In this document: positions 56,488-64,000 of the stretch, one piece after another | Position numbering within the stretch: the stretch's first letter is position 1 | Layout of the letters: every line of letters begins with the position of its first letter | Source of the DNA: an uncultured bacterium | GTDB taxonomy: Bacteria; Patescibacteriota; Minisyncoccia; Phycocordibacterales; Phycocordibacteraceae | Direction: 5' to 3' | Assembly (NCBI GenBank): GCA_963759775.1 | Contig: CAVXAH010000001.1 | Span: 208,682 to 272,681, forward strand | DNA length: 64,000 nucleotides | Program-made: the position numbers and the translations under genes | Notes under the pieces: generated by a model | Databases searched by the model: none | Seen by the model: only the letters and a program-made list of their open reading frames with translations | Told to the model about the DNA's origin: nothing

Positions 56488-57402
56488 TTACAAAGATTTT
56501 GCCGAAAAGAAAAGACCTTGCTGACCAATTACCCTATCCGTACCATATTGAATACCTTCATAGCCAACAGACTGAGATGTTCTTCCTCCATGTATGGGCC
56601 TAGCCTTGTTTGAGCGAGATATCACAAGTCGTCCGTCTTGCCCAAGAGATTTAGTAAAACTTGAGCGGAACGGGAAATTTTCCTTTTTTGTTTTAGCCTC
56701 AACAATCATTCTATAAATGCTTTCAGGGAGTGACTCCTGAAACATTTCAGCAAGCTTGAGGTTTGTTAATGTTGACGCGACTTCCCTATCAAGGGCTGGA
56801 TTGTTTTCAGAATCTTTAACTTTTTGTTGGAAAGATTGATCTGTCCATAGTGACTTAAATTCTTCTAGTGCTTCACGGGTAGCCGGCGGCACAGCCTCTT
56901 CTGAATCATACAGAGAAGTTACGTAGGTGCTGAGTTCGTTGAGGTCAGCAAAATAAGTAGTTTGCATGCCATGTATAGGCTCTTTTGAAAGTAGGCGCCA
57001 ACCTGTAGCGGGTGTTTCTTTTGCAAAAACAGGATCTTCGTCCTCTTTATAGTTCCAATTAACAAAGGGGATTGTTCTCTTTCCAGAGAACAATCGGCTA
57101 GGCAGATTTTGGTCATGACTGTAGTCACCGAGTGTATTATCGAGATACTCTATAAGTGATTTTGCGGTTAAGGGAGATCCATTAGGTAGTGCGTCACTAA
57201 AAAACATCAGGGTCATGCCTCTGTCTTTTGCTTTTTCCAACTGATCAAGGGTAAAAGGGATTTTAGGAGAATTTTTGAACTTCAATCCGGCTTCTTTTAG
57301 TTCTTGTAACCCATAAAAATCTTCGCCAAGAACTTCTCGTGCTTTTTCTTCATTTAGTCCAGATTCGACTGTATTTCTGGCCCGCACAGGGAATTTTTCC
57401 AT
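56488..57402 (-). CDS. hypothetical protein (AT-richer orphan)
   Basis: Long ORF with no motif recognised. Start taken at MEKFPV (ATG 57400-57402), preceded by TATAAT-N7. Confidence 0.55.
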   Translation of the reverse strand: MEKFPVRARNTVESGLNEEKAREVLGEDFYGLQELKEAGLKFKNSPKIPFTLDQLEKAKDRGMTLMFFSDALPNGSPLTAKSLIEYLDNTLGDYSHDQNLPSRLFSGKRTIPFVNWNYKEDEDPVFAKETPATGWRLLSKEPIHGMQTTYFADLNELSTYVTSLYDSEEAVPPATREALEEFKSLWTDQSFQQKVKDSENNPALDREVASTLTNLKLAEMFQESLPESIYRMIVEAKTKKENFPFRSSFTKSLGQDGRLVISRSNKARPIHGGRTSQSVGYEGIQYGTDRVIGQQGLFFSAKSL

Positions 57403-57491
57403 GTTTTTAATTATACCTCCCGCAGAGAGTGTTGTCCCCATTGCGCGTAAAACGAAGAGGAGTATGCTCTACAGAGCCGTCAACCTTTGCT

Positions 57492-58187
57492 GTGATAAGC
57501 GCACTCAAACGCCAGTCTGTGGTTGTGTCCGTGGGAGGTTCTCTCATCGTTCCCGACCAAATTGACACTGGTTTTCTCTCCACCTTTAAGTCTCTTGTTC
57601 TAGAGAAAGTACAAAAAGGATTTTCTTTTTCAATAATTGCGGGCGGCGGCAAAACCGCGCGCCGCTATCAGAGCGCCGCAAGTGCTGTCACTCCCCTTTC
57701 ACGTGAAGACTTGGATTGGATTGGCATACACTCCACGCGCTTGAATGCACAGCTCCTTCGAAACATTTTTGTAGGGTACGCGCATCCGCAAGTGGTGACG
57801 AATCCGATGATAGAGCTTGATGCAGACGAGCCCATTATCATTGCGGCAGGATGGCAGCCCGGCCATTCAACGGACTACGTCGCCGTACTCATGGCAAAAA
57901 TGCTTGGCGCAACACGTTTGGTGAACCTTTCAAATATTGATTACGTATACGACAAGGACCCACGTGCGCATACGAGCGCAAAAAAAATAGAAAAGATTTC
58001 ATGGGCCGACTTTAGAAAACTCATCCCTGCCGAGTGGGACCCCGGCCTCTCTAGTCCGTTTGACCCCATCGCCGCAAAAGAAGCAGAGCGCTTGGGGCTT
58101 GAAGTTGCGATTATCAACGGCACGAAACTGACCGAGTTTTCAAACTATCTGGACGACAAACCTTTCGTTGGTACGGTTATTTCTTAA
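57492..58187 (+). CDS. pyrH: uridylate kinase, archaeal type (amino-acid-kinase fold)
   Basis: VVSVGGSLIVP..IIAGGGKTARRY..IGIHSTRLNAQLL..GHSTDYVA. The start is uncertain: GTG 57492, or GTG 57429 from the track. Confidence 0.8.
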   Translation: MISALKRQSVVVSVGGSLIVPDQIDTGFLSTFKSLVLEKVQKGFSFSIIAGGGKTARRYQSAASAVTPLSREDLDWIGIHSTRLNAQLLRNIFVGYAHPQVVTNPMIELDADEPIIIAAGWQPGHSTDYVAVLMAKMLGATRLVNLSNIDYVYDKDPRAHTSAKKIEKISWADFRKLIPAEWDPGLSSPFDPIAAKEAERLGLEVAIINGTKLTEFSNYLDDKPFVGTVIS

Positions 58188-58728
58188 TCTGCGTTAGCAT
58201 TTCTCCAACTTGAGAGTGTAGGTCATTGATTGAGTCGTCATTTTGGATTTTGTAGTCCGCTTTTTCCATAACGCCGAGAATATTCATATCCCACGGATCT
58301 TTTGCAGAGAGCTCGCGGTCTTCTTGGGCGACCCACGTATCAAAATCAACTTTGTCTGTTGAGGAGCCGCGAAGCACAATGCGGTCGTAGCGGAGTTTTC
58401 GGTCAGCATCCACTGCGAGAATGAGTACTCCTTGTTTTCTCAGATATTCAGCTTCTGCAAGCGCACGCACTGACTCAATAATCGCATTACCGCCGTACTC
58501 TTTCGCGCGTGCGTAGAGCGACTCAATGATGTAGGACGGGTTCTTGGTCTTGCGCATTTCGTTTGCAACAAGCCGCATGGTGTCGCGCGTCGCGGGAAGA
58601 CGGCGCCTCGTAATCTCTTCCACCAAAAGGTCACGAACAGAAAAATGTTTAAACCCTTTTTGTCTAACCAAATACTCAACCACTTCACCCTTCCCCGCCC
58701 CTATCGTGCCAGTAATGCCTAAAATCAT
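58177..58728 (-). CDS. P-loop nucleoside/nucleotide kinase family protein
   Basis: MILGITGTIGAGKGEVVEYL P-loop with an NMP-kinase-like layout. Specificity unknown. Confidence 0.5.
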   Translation of the reverse strand: MILGITGTIGAGKGEVVEYLVRQKGFKHFSVRDLLVEEITRRRLPATRDTMRLVANEMRKTKNPSYIIESLYARAKEYGGNAIIESVRALAEAEYLRKQGVLILAVDADRKLRYDRIVLRGSSTDKVDFDTWVAQEDRELSAKDPWDMNILGVMEKADYKIQNDDSINDLHSQVGEMLTQIKK

Positions 58729-59624
58729 TTCTTTGAGAAATAGCGCGCGAGCGGAATAAGGAGCGGAGCGGAGCGGCAGATAGAGGAGAAGGCGCCGGCG
58801 ATGACACCCACAAGCATCACGAGGGCAAAGTTTCGCGTCGCTTCGGCGCCGAGGTAAATGAGTGCGAGAAGCGCGAGGACGACCGTGACCGCGGTGTTAA
58901 TAGAGCGGGTCATCGTTTCGTCAATTGATTTACCGATTGTTATTTCAAAATCTTCTTTTGTATTCGTCTTCTCGTTTTTCGCAAGATGTTCGCGAATGCG
59001 GTCAAAGATGACAATGACGTCGTTCACCACATATCCAAGAAGAGCGAGCATGGCGACCACAAAGAGGGAGTCTACTTCAGCGCCGGTCGTGTAGCACCAC
59101 ACGGCGTAGAAGCCTGCCGGAACAATGAGGTCAATCGCGAGCATGGCGACAACCGTGAGGCCGTAACCCCAACTTGGCACGGGGCGCGAGACTTTGCGGA
59201 ATGCAAATGCAATGTAGAGGACGATGACGAGTACCACCGCAAAGATTGCCCACATCGCCTTGTTGGTGAATTCGGAACCAAGTGACGGACCAACGGAGGT
59301 AAAGGAAAGTTCAGTCGTGGCAGCGTTTCTGGAGAGGGTTTCAAGAATTGCTTGGTGCTCATCGGGCGTGAGGGCACGGGTGCGAATGGCAATCGCATTT
59401 TCGCCAAAAGTGCGCACGTGCACTTCTCCAAGCGGAATAGTTGCTACTTGTTCTTGAATACTTGAAAGAGCGGGACGACCGTTTGGATACGCGACCTGTA
59501 TTGAGGAGCCGCCCGTGAAATCAATTCCGAGTGGGAGGCCGAGGAAAATGATCGCGGCGATGGCACCCGCAAGCAAAAGACCGGTGAGCCAGAAGAAAAA
59601 GGTACGGTGACGGATGATGTACAT
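58725..59624 (-). CDS. secF: protein translocase subunit SecF
   Basis: Six-TM SecF layout (LGIDFTGGSSIQV, VNDVIVIFDRIRE). Confidence 0.85.
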   Translation of the reverse strand: MYIIRHRTFFFWLTGLLLAGAIAAIIFLGLPLGIDFTGGSSIQVAYPNGRPALSSIQEQVATIPLGEVHVRTFGENAIAIRTRALTPDEHQAILETLSRNAATTELSFTSVGPSLGSEFTNKAMWAIFAVVLVIVLYIAFAFRKVSRPVPSWGYGLTVVAMLAIDLIVPAGFYAVWCYTTGAEVDSLFVVAMLALLGYVVNDVIVIFDRIREHLAKNEKTNTKEDFEITIGKSIDETMTRSINTAVTVVLALLALIYLGAEATRNFALVMLVGVIAGAFSSICRSAPLLIPLARYFSKK

Positions 59625-59627
59625 AAA

Positions 59628-60965
59628 TTAGAGGTTGGGGGTTGAAGGTTGGGGGTTGGAGCGAAATCCGGAACTCAAAGCGAAACGCCAGCCACTGCCC
59701 TTTTCTTCAGGTACAAGCGCGAGCAAGAAGACGCGAGAAAGCGAGACGGCGGAGATGAGCGACGCGAGGACACCGAGCACAAAGACAAGTGCGAAGCCTT
59801 GAACGACTCCGGTGCCGAGCCAGAAAAGAATCACACCGGAAATAAGCATGGTGAGGTGGCCATCTCTGATCGCGGTCCATGCGCGCGCGAAACCAAGGTT
59901 CACTGCCTCGCGCGGGTTCTTCCCGTCTTTCAATTCTTCTTTCATGCGCTCAAAAATAAGGACGTTTGCGTCAACAGCGATGCCGAGCGAAATAATAAGA
60001 CCCGCAATACCAGAGGCAGTGAGCGTAACTGGTACGACTTTGATAATGGCGAGCATAACTGCAAGATATTCACCGAGCGCGATTACTGAAATGAGACCCG
60101 GGAGACGATACCAAAGCACCATAAAGAATGCGATGAGCGCGAAACCAACTGCGCCAGCAATAACTCCCGCGGCGATTGCCGCCGCGCCAAGTGTAGGGCC
60201 AACTGTAGACGAGCTCTGAAGTTCAATTTGCACGGGAAGCGCGCCGAAGTTTAAGTTACGCACCTGGTCGCGCGCCTGCGCGGCAGTAAAGCGGCCACTG
60301 ATGACTGCCGTGCCGTTTGGAATTGGCTCTTGGATGACAGGCTCTTGTATAAGCACGCCATCAAGGAAGATGGCGAGGATTTCTCCTGTGTGCTCCGTGG
60401 TGATTTTCTTGAAAAGTTCTGCACCTTCGCTATTGAAATTGAGAAGTATTTGGGGCGCAGCGAGACCGGCGGTTGCGCCGCTTCCAAACTGAAGCGCCGC
60501 TTTATCAAGGTAGCGACCGGTGAGACCTGTTGAGACGTATGCCGCCTGTGTGGTGGTTCCGACTTTGGTGGTTGTGGCGAGTTTAAACTCGAGCGTGGGC
60601 GTTTCTCCGAGCGCTTTCACAGCCGCTTGAATGTCGGTGATGCCTGGAAGAGCGACGATGAGACGGTCTTCAGTCCTACCTGACGCGGCGCTTGCTTCTT
60701 CGGTCTGCACCAAAGGCTCCGCGACACCGAAAAGGTTTACTCTGCGTTCAATAACGCCTTGAAGCGCGGAGAGCGCGTCTTTGCGCTCAGCGGCAGGCGT
60801 CTCCGACATGTCGGCCTTATAGACAAGCTCCGTACCGCCCGCAAGATCAAGACCAAGCTTAAAGCGGTAGGAGCTTTCCGGGTTGGCCTCGGTGCCGAGT
60901 ACAAAATACGTAAGCAAGCCCCCGACGACGAGGGCGATGGTAGCGAGAACCCGATACCGAGTCAT
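59628..60965 (-). CDS. secD: protein translocase subunit SecD
   Basis: LGLDLAGGTELVY and AVDANVLIFERMKEE. Start taken at MTRYRVLATIALVV (ATG 60963-60965). Confidence 0.85.
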   Translation of the reverse strand: MTRYRVLATIALVVGGLLTYFVLGTEANPESSYRFKLGLDLAGGTELVYKADMSETPAAERKDALSALQGVIERRVNLFGVAEPLVQTEEASAASGRTEDRLIVALPGITDIQAAVKALGETPTLEFKLATTTKVGTTTQAAYVSTGLTGRYLDKAALQFGSGATAGLAAPQILLNFNSEGAELFKKITTEHTGEILAIFLDGVLIQEPVIQEPIPNGTAVISGRFTAAQARDQVRNLNFGALPVQIELQSSSTVGPTLGAAAIAAGVIAGAVGFALIAFFMVLWYRLPGLISVIALGEYLAVMLAIIKVVPVTLTASGIAGLIISLGIAVDANVLIFERMKEELKDGKNPREAVNLGFARAWTAIRDGHLTMLISGVILFWLGTGVVQGFALVFVLGVLASLISAVSLSRVFLLALVPEEKGSGWRFALSSGFRSNPQPSTPNL

Positions 60966-61008
60966 GGGAGGAGTATAAGGGAAATTAGTAGAAAATAAAG
61001 AGGCGTGT

Positions 61009-62043
61009 TTAAGCCATCTCGCGCACGAGAGCATCGGCGAGGACCTCAAGACGATGCGGTGCGACAGCTCCAGCACTGAGGCGAGCGACTTTTTCCTTCC
61101 GTTTCTCTTGCGAAAGCGAAAGTGTTTTCTTTAAAAGATGAGCGAGGTCGGTGGCGTCGCCATCCGTATAAGAAAACTCGCGACCAACAATTTCGGCCAT
61201 GTCCGTGCTTGCGGAGAGCGGCACCGCTCCAGACGCAATCGCCTCAAAAATGGTTTTATCAAGCATGCCACTTTTGCTTGCGTTTACATACACTTCGTGT
61301 GAGCGGAAATAACGATATTTCTCGGTATCCCTAACCGCGCCGATGAAAGTTACCCGCTCTGCAATGCCGAGTTCGTTTGCTCGCGTAGCAACTTCCTGAG
61401 GATACGTTGAAACGGGATTGCTTGGTCCTCCAGCAAACGTAGCGGTGAATGGTATTCCCTCTTTTTTGAGTAGTCCAAGCGCCTCAACAAGAAGATCCGG
61501 ACGCTTTGAGCGATCAAACCGGCCAAAGAAAAGTACCGAGTGGGGTTTCTTTGTAATCGGCTCATCTGGGTGGAGTGAGCTCGTATCAACGCCAACGGGC
61601 ATGAGGCGAGCTCTCTTGTATTTCGCGGTGTAGGAAGACTTTGAGGTGTGGAAAATCTTGTCGCAAAAGACACTTGCAACGTCAGTGATGAAATTCCCAG
61701 CGTAGTGGTTTCGCCACAGGTACACTCGCTTCCCCATGAGTTTCCAAAGCCACCCAGCGACCAAGAGATATTCTTGGTTCATGTGTACAAAGACGGCGTC
61801 GTATTCATGCCGATGTTTCCAGGCAAGCGTAAGGACACGAACTGCAGTTCCAAGCTGAGCATCGTGCGCGCTCGCGCGCAAAGACTCCACTTTCACATTT
61901 TTCGGAAGCACATAGATGCCTCTGCGAAGCGCAAAAACGAGTATGTGGTCTACGCGACCAGAAAGCTCTTCAACCCAGCGATGGAAAAATCCAAGAGTTG
62001 AGTCTGTTTTATCAATGGTTTGCGTGAGAATGAGGAGACGCAT
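61009..62043 (-). CDS. glycosyltransferase, GT4/group 1-like
   Basis: MRLLILTQTIDKTDSTLGFFHRWVEEL with a C-terminal GT1-like half. Start is ATG 62041-62043. Confidence 0.65.
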   Translation of the reverse strand: MRLLILTQTIDKTDSTLGFFHRWVEELSGRVDHILVFALRRGIYVLPKNVKVESLRASAHDAQLGTAVRVLTLAWKHRHEYDAVFVHMNQEYLLVAGWLWKLMGKRVYLWRNHYAGNFITDVASVFCDKIFHTSKSSYTAKYKRARLMPVGVDTSSLHPDEPITKKPHSVLFFGRFDRSKRPDLLVEALGLLKKEGIPFTATFAGGPSNPVSTYPQEVATRANELGIAERVTFIGAVRDTEKYRYFRSHEVYVNASKSGMLDKTIFEAIASGAVPLSASTDMAEIVGREFSYTDGDATDLAHLLKKTLSLSQEKRKEKVARLSAGAVAPHRLEVLADALVREMA

Positions 62044-62044
62044 G

Positions 62045-62851
62045 TTAGGAATTTTGGCGCGTGGCAAGTTTCACCGCATTTTCAAAAAGGCACGCAACAG
62101 CGATGGGACCGACCCCGCCCGGAACGGGCGTAAAGAGTGAGCACTTTGGGGCACAAGCGGGGTCGGCATCGCCAACCATCTGGCCACCTGATTCGCTCGT
62201 TCCGGCGTCAATGAGGACGACGCCGTCTTTGATCATTTCTGGTCTGATGAGATGTGGATGGCCTGCGCCACAGACAATGATGTCCGCTTTGCTTAGCACC
62301 GCCTCGAAGTCTTCTGATTTTTTTGTGACAACCGTGACCTCGGTTCCCTGCTGACCAAGCCAGGTCGCGACTGGTTTTCCGACCAACCACCCCTCTCCAA
62401 TAACGACCCCCTTTTTGCCTTTCAAATTCACTTTTCCCCGCACGAGAATTTCTCGAACCGCCGCCACGACGGGTGGAAGAAGCGCATCCGCATCTCCCGA
62501 CTCAAACTTTTTACGCGCCGCACTCCCTAGCACGTCAACGTCTTTTGTACGTGGAATGGCATCACACACCTCGCTTGGGTCGATGTGTGACGGAAGTGGG
62601 AGCTGGACGATGAGTGCATTCGCATCTGTTTTCTTGACTGCATGTTGCAACTCGTCTGACGTTACGGTCTCGGGAAATCTTTGTATTTCAAATTCGCAAC
62701 CAGCCGCCGCCGCGTATTTCGCTTTGATAGCAAGGTACGAGCGCGTCGCTCCTGTCTCATTTGCCACAAGGGCGACTACTTTCGGCGAATACGAGAGCGC
62801 TTTGGTGCGTGCGAGTATCTCCCCTGCTAATTTCTTTCCATCGATATTCAT
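62045..62851 (-). CDS. folD: bifunctional methylenetetrahydrofolate dehydrogenase/cyclohydrolase
   Basis: LVANETGATRSYLAIKAKYA, VVIGEGWLVGKPVA and PVPGGVGPIAVA. Confidence 0.85.
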   Translation of the reverse strand: MNIDGKKLAGEILARTKALSYSPKVVALVANETGATRSYLAIKAKYAAAAGCEFEIQRFPETVTSDELQHAVKKTDANALIVQLPLPSHIDPSEVCDAIPRTKDVDVLGSAARKKFESGDADALLPPVVAAVREILVRGKVNLKGKKGVVIGEGWLVGKPVATWLGQQGTEVTVVTKKSEDFEAVLSKADIIVCGAGHPHLIRPEMIKDGVVLIDAGTSESGGQMVGDADPACAPKCSLFTPVPGGVGPIAVACLFENAVKLATRQNS

Positions 62852-63909
62852 TTGTGTCGGCGCGAAGTATCAGGCACGTACTGCTCGTACTTCCCGTTGG
62901 TGTAATAAAAGGCATCGTACGGAGCGTATTGATATTGATATCCAAGAACACGCGTTACTTTTGTACCATCCACCGCAATAGGGTACGAATATCCTTTCCA
63001 CGCCCCGGGCCCCGTCGGGACTTTTCCCCGAGTAAGATGCCAAAAGACAAAAAACGCGAGTCGTGCCATCCATGGAGAAACAGGAAGTTGCCGCTTCCCC
63101 ACTGCGCGAGCCATATCCTTTCCGCGGACCACCTCTCCCGGTGGACATATATTGAACACCTCATACCCCTTCACCGGTTCACCAAAGGAAAGGCGTTCAA
63201 CGATAGCAACCACATCATCTTCATGAATGAACTGGCGTACCCATTTGGGCGTTACGGGAACAAACGCAACGAGACTTGAAATCAATCGATACACAAAGGA
63301 GTCTTTTAATTGACCCGAGAGGGCCGATTGGAGACCGAACCGAATGCGCATAAAGCGGCCGCGCGGACCGGTAATAGCGGCCGGACGAATAACTGCTACG
63401 GAAACTCGTTTGCCGCTTTTTTCATATTTTGCTTTGAGATGCTCTTCAACGACACGCTTTTCCTCTGCGTAGAGATACTCAGATTTCCGAAATGACTCAT
63501 TTTCTGTAAAGCGGTGCTCAATAGTGTTGTCGGGAAATGCGCCATAAGAAGCGACCGTAGAAAAATGGATAAGGCGAGCAACCGACGTGTCGGAAAATGC
63601 AAAATCAAACAATCGATCTGAGCCTCCAACGTTCCACTTCCACTCCAGGTCCTGCTGTCCGTACATTTCGCGAATTTGCCACGCCGTATGGATCACGATA
63701 TCGGGCGCATACGCTCGCACCTGTTCCTCCCATGCGTCCGCCGTATTGGTTTCTAGATATATCAGCTTCGACTCTTTCCGGATAAGGTCGGGAACGGCTT
63801 CTTTGTCTATCCCAATGATTTTTTCTACGTCATCGCGCTTCGCAAAATGCTCGACAAGCATAGCGCCTACGTACCCCGCGGCACCAGTGATTAAGATTTT
63901 GTGTTTCAT
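62848..63909 (-). CDS. NAD-dependent epimerase/dehydratase family protein
   Basis: MKHKILITGAAGYVGAMLVEHF Rossmann motif. Confidence 0.7.
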   Translation of the reverse strand: MKHKILITGAAGYVGAMLVEHFAKRDDVEKIIGIDKEAVPDLIRKESKLIYLETNTADAWEEQVRAYAPDIVIHTAWQIREMYGQQDLEWKWNVGGSDRLFDFAFSDTSVARLIHFSTVASYGAFPDNTIEHRFTENESFRKSEYLYAEEKRVVEEHLKAKYEKSGKRVSVAVIRPAAITGPRGRFMRIRFGLQSALSGQLKDSFVYRLISSLVAFVPVTPKWVRQFIHEDDVVAIVERLSFGEPVKGYEVFNICPPGEVVRGKDMARAVGKRQLPVSPWMARLAFFVFWHLTRGKVPTGPGAWKGYSYPIAVDGTKVTRVLGYQYQYAPYDAFYYTNGKYEQYVPDTSRRHK

Positions 63910-64000
63910 AGAGCGCTGACGCGGAAAAACATCCGTTTTATGGTTTTCAGCGCAATCACGATATCCAAGCCAAGTGAGCGGTGTTTGAGATAAAAGAAAT
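63906..64000 (-). CDS. 3' end of a polyprenyl glycosylphosphotransferase (bacterial sugar transferase)
   Basis: The partial frame reads ..FFYLKHRSLGLDIVIALKTIKRMFFRVSAL, typical of the Bac_transf C-terminus. Its stop TGA overlaps the next ATG (ATGA at 63906-63909). Confidence 0.55.
   Translation of the reverse strand, partial: FFYLKHRSLGLDIVIALKTIKRMFFRVSAL

Overview
I analysed this window by hand from the sequence and the ORF track. Coordinates marked approx may be off by a few nt. The window looks like part of a small, streamlined bacterial chromosome. The most plausible source is a Candidate Phyla Radiation / Patescibacteria (Parcubacteria-like) organism; this is an inference from gene content, a giant surface protein and a divergent 16S. 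Nearly all genes are on the minus strand. Gene order: tRNA-Thr, tsf, rpsB, prfA, rpmE, an MltB-like transglycosylase and rplY. Next is a sugar-phosphate block (class I aldolase, PfkB kinase, split transketolase, rpe-like, rpiB, gap), then a four-helix-bundle protein. A giant fibre-like surface-protein gene of about 9.45 kb follows, broken into about ten frames, then an HTH-TM protein. After that come gatB, obg, a TrpR/YerC-like regulator, secA (frame-broken) and murB. A visibly AT-richer polysaccharide cluster follows (O-antigen-ligase-like TPR protein, flippase, methyltransferases, GT4 glycosyltransferases, UXS-like epimerase). Then come a ComEA-like protein with a VirD4/TraD-like ATPase, a glycoside-hydrolase-like protein, rsmI, murC and murD (frame-broken). 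The right end holds tRNA-Ile plus a truncated copy, a 16S rRNA gene with no adjacent 23S/5S, archaeal-type pyrH, an NMP-kinase-like protein, secF, secD, a GT4, folD, an epimerase and the tail of a sugar transferase. Main items for a second look: (1) A family of inverted-repeat-bounded elements sits exactly on start codons / ATGA stop-start overlaps and duplicates the start codon. It comprises two near-identical 275-bp GIY-YIG cassettes and two ORF-less miniatures of about 115 bp. (2) A 24-bp perfect palindrome occurs three times, on both sides of the TrpR-like gene and inside murC. (3) A 36-bp palindrome has the start codons of two divergent genes as its ends, and TGnTAnnAT boxes lie 6-10 nt from many ATGs. 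(4) The 16S 3' tail lacks CCUCC, which fits item 3. (5) Two families of structured intergenic repeats show compensatory stem changes. (6) Several essential genes carry frame disruptions that are most simply sequence or assembly indels. I saw no CRISPR array, reverse transcriptase, integrase or transposase ORF.
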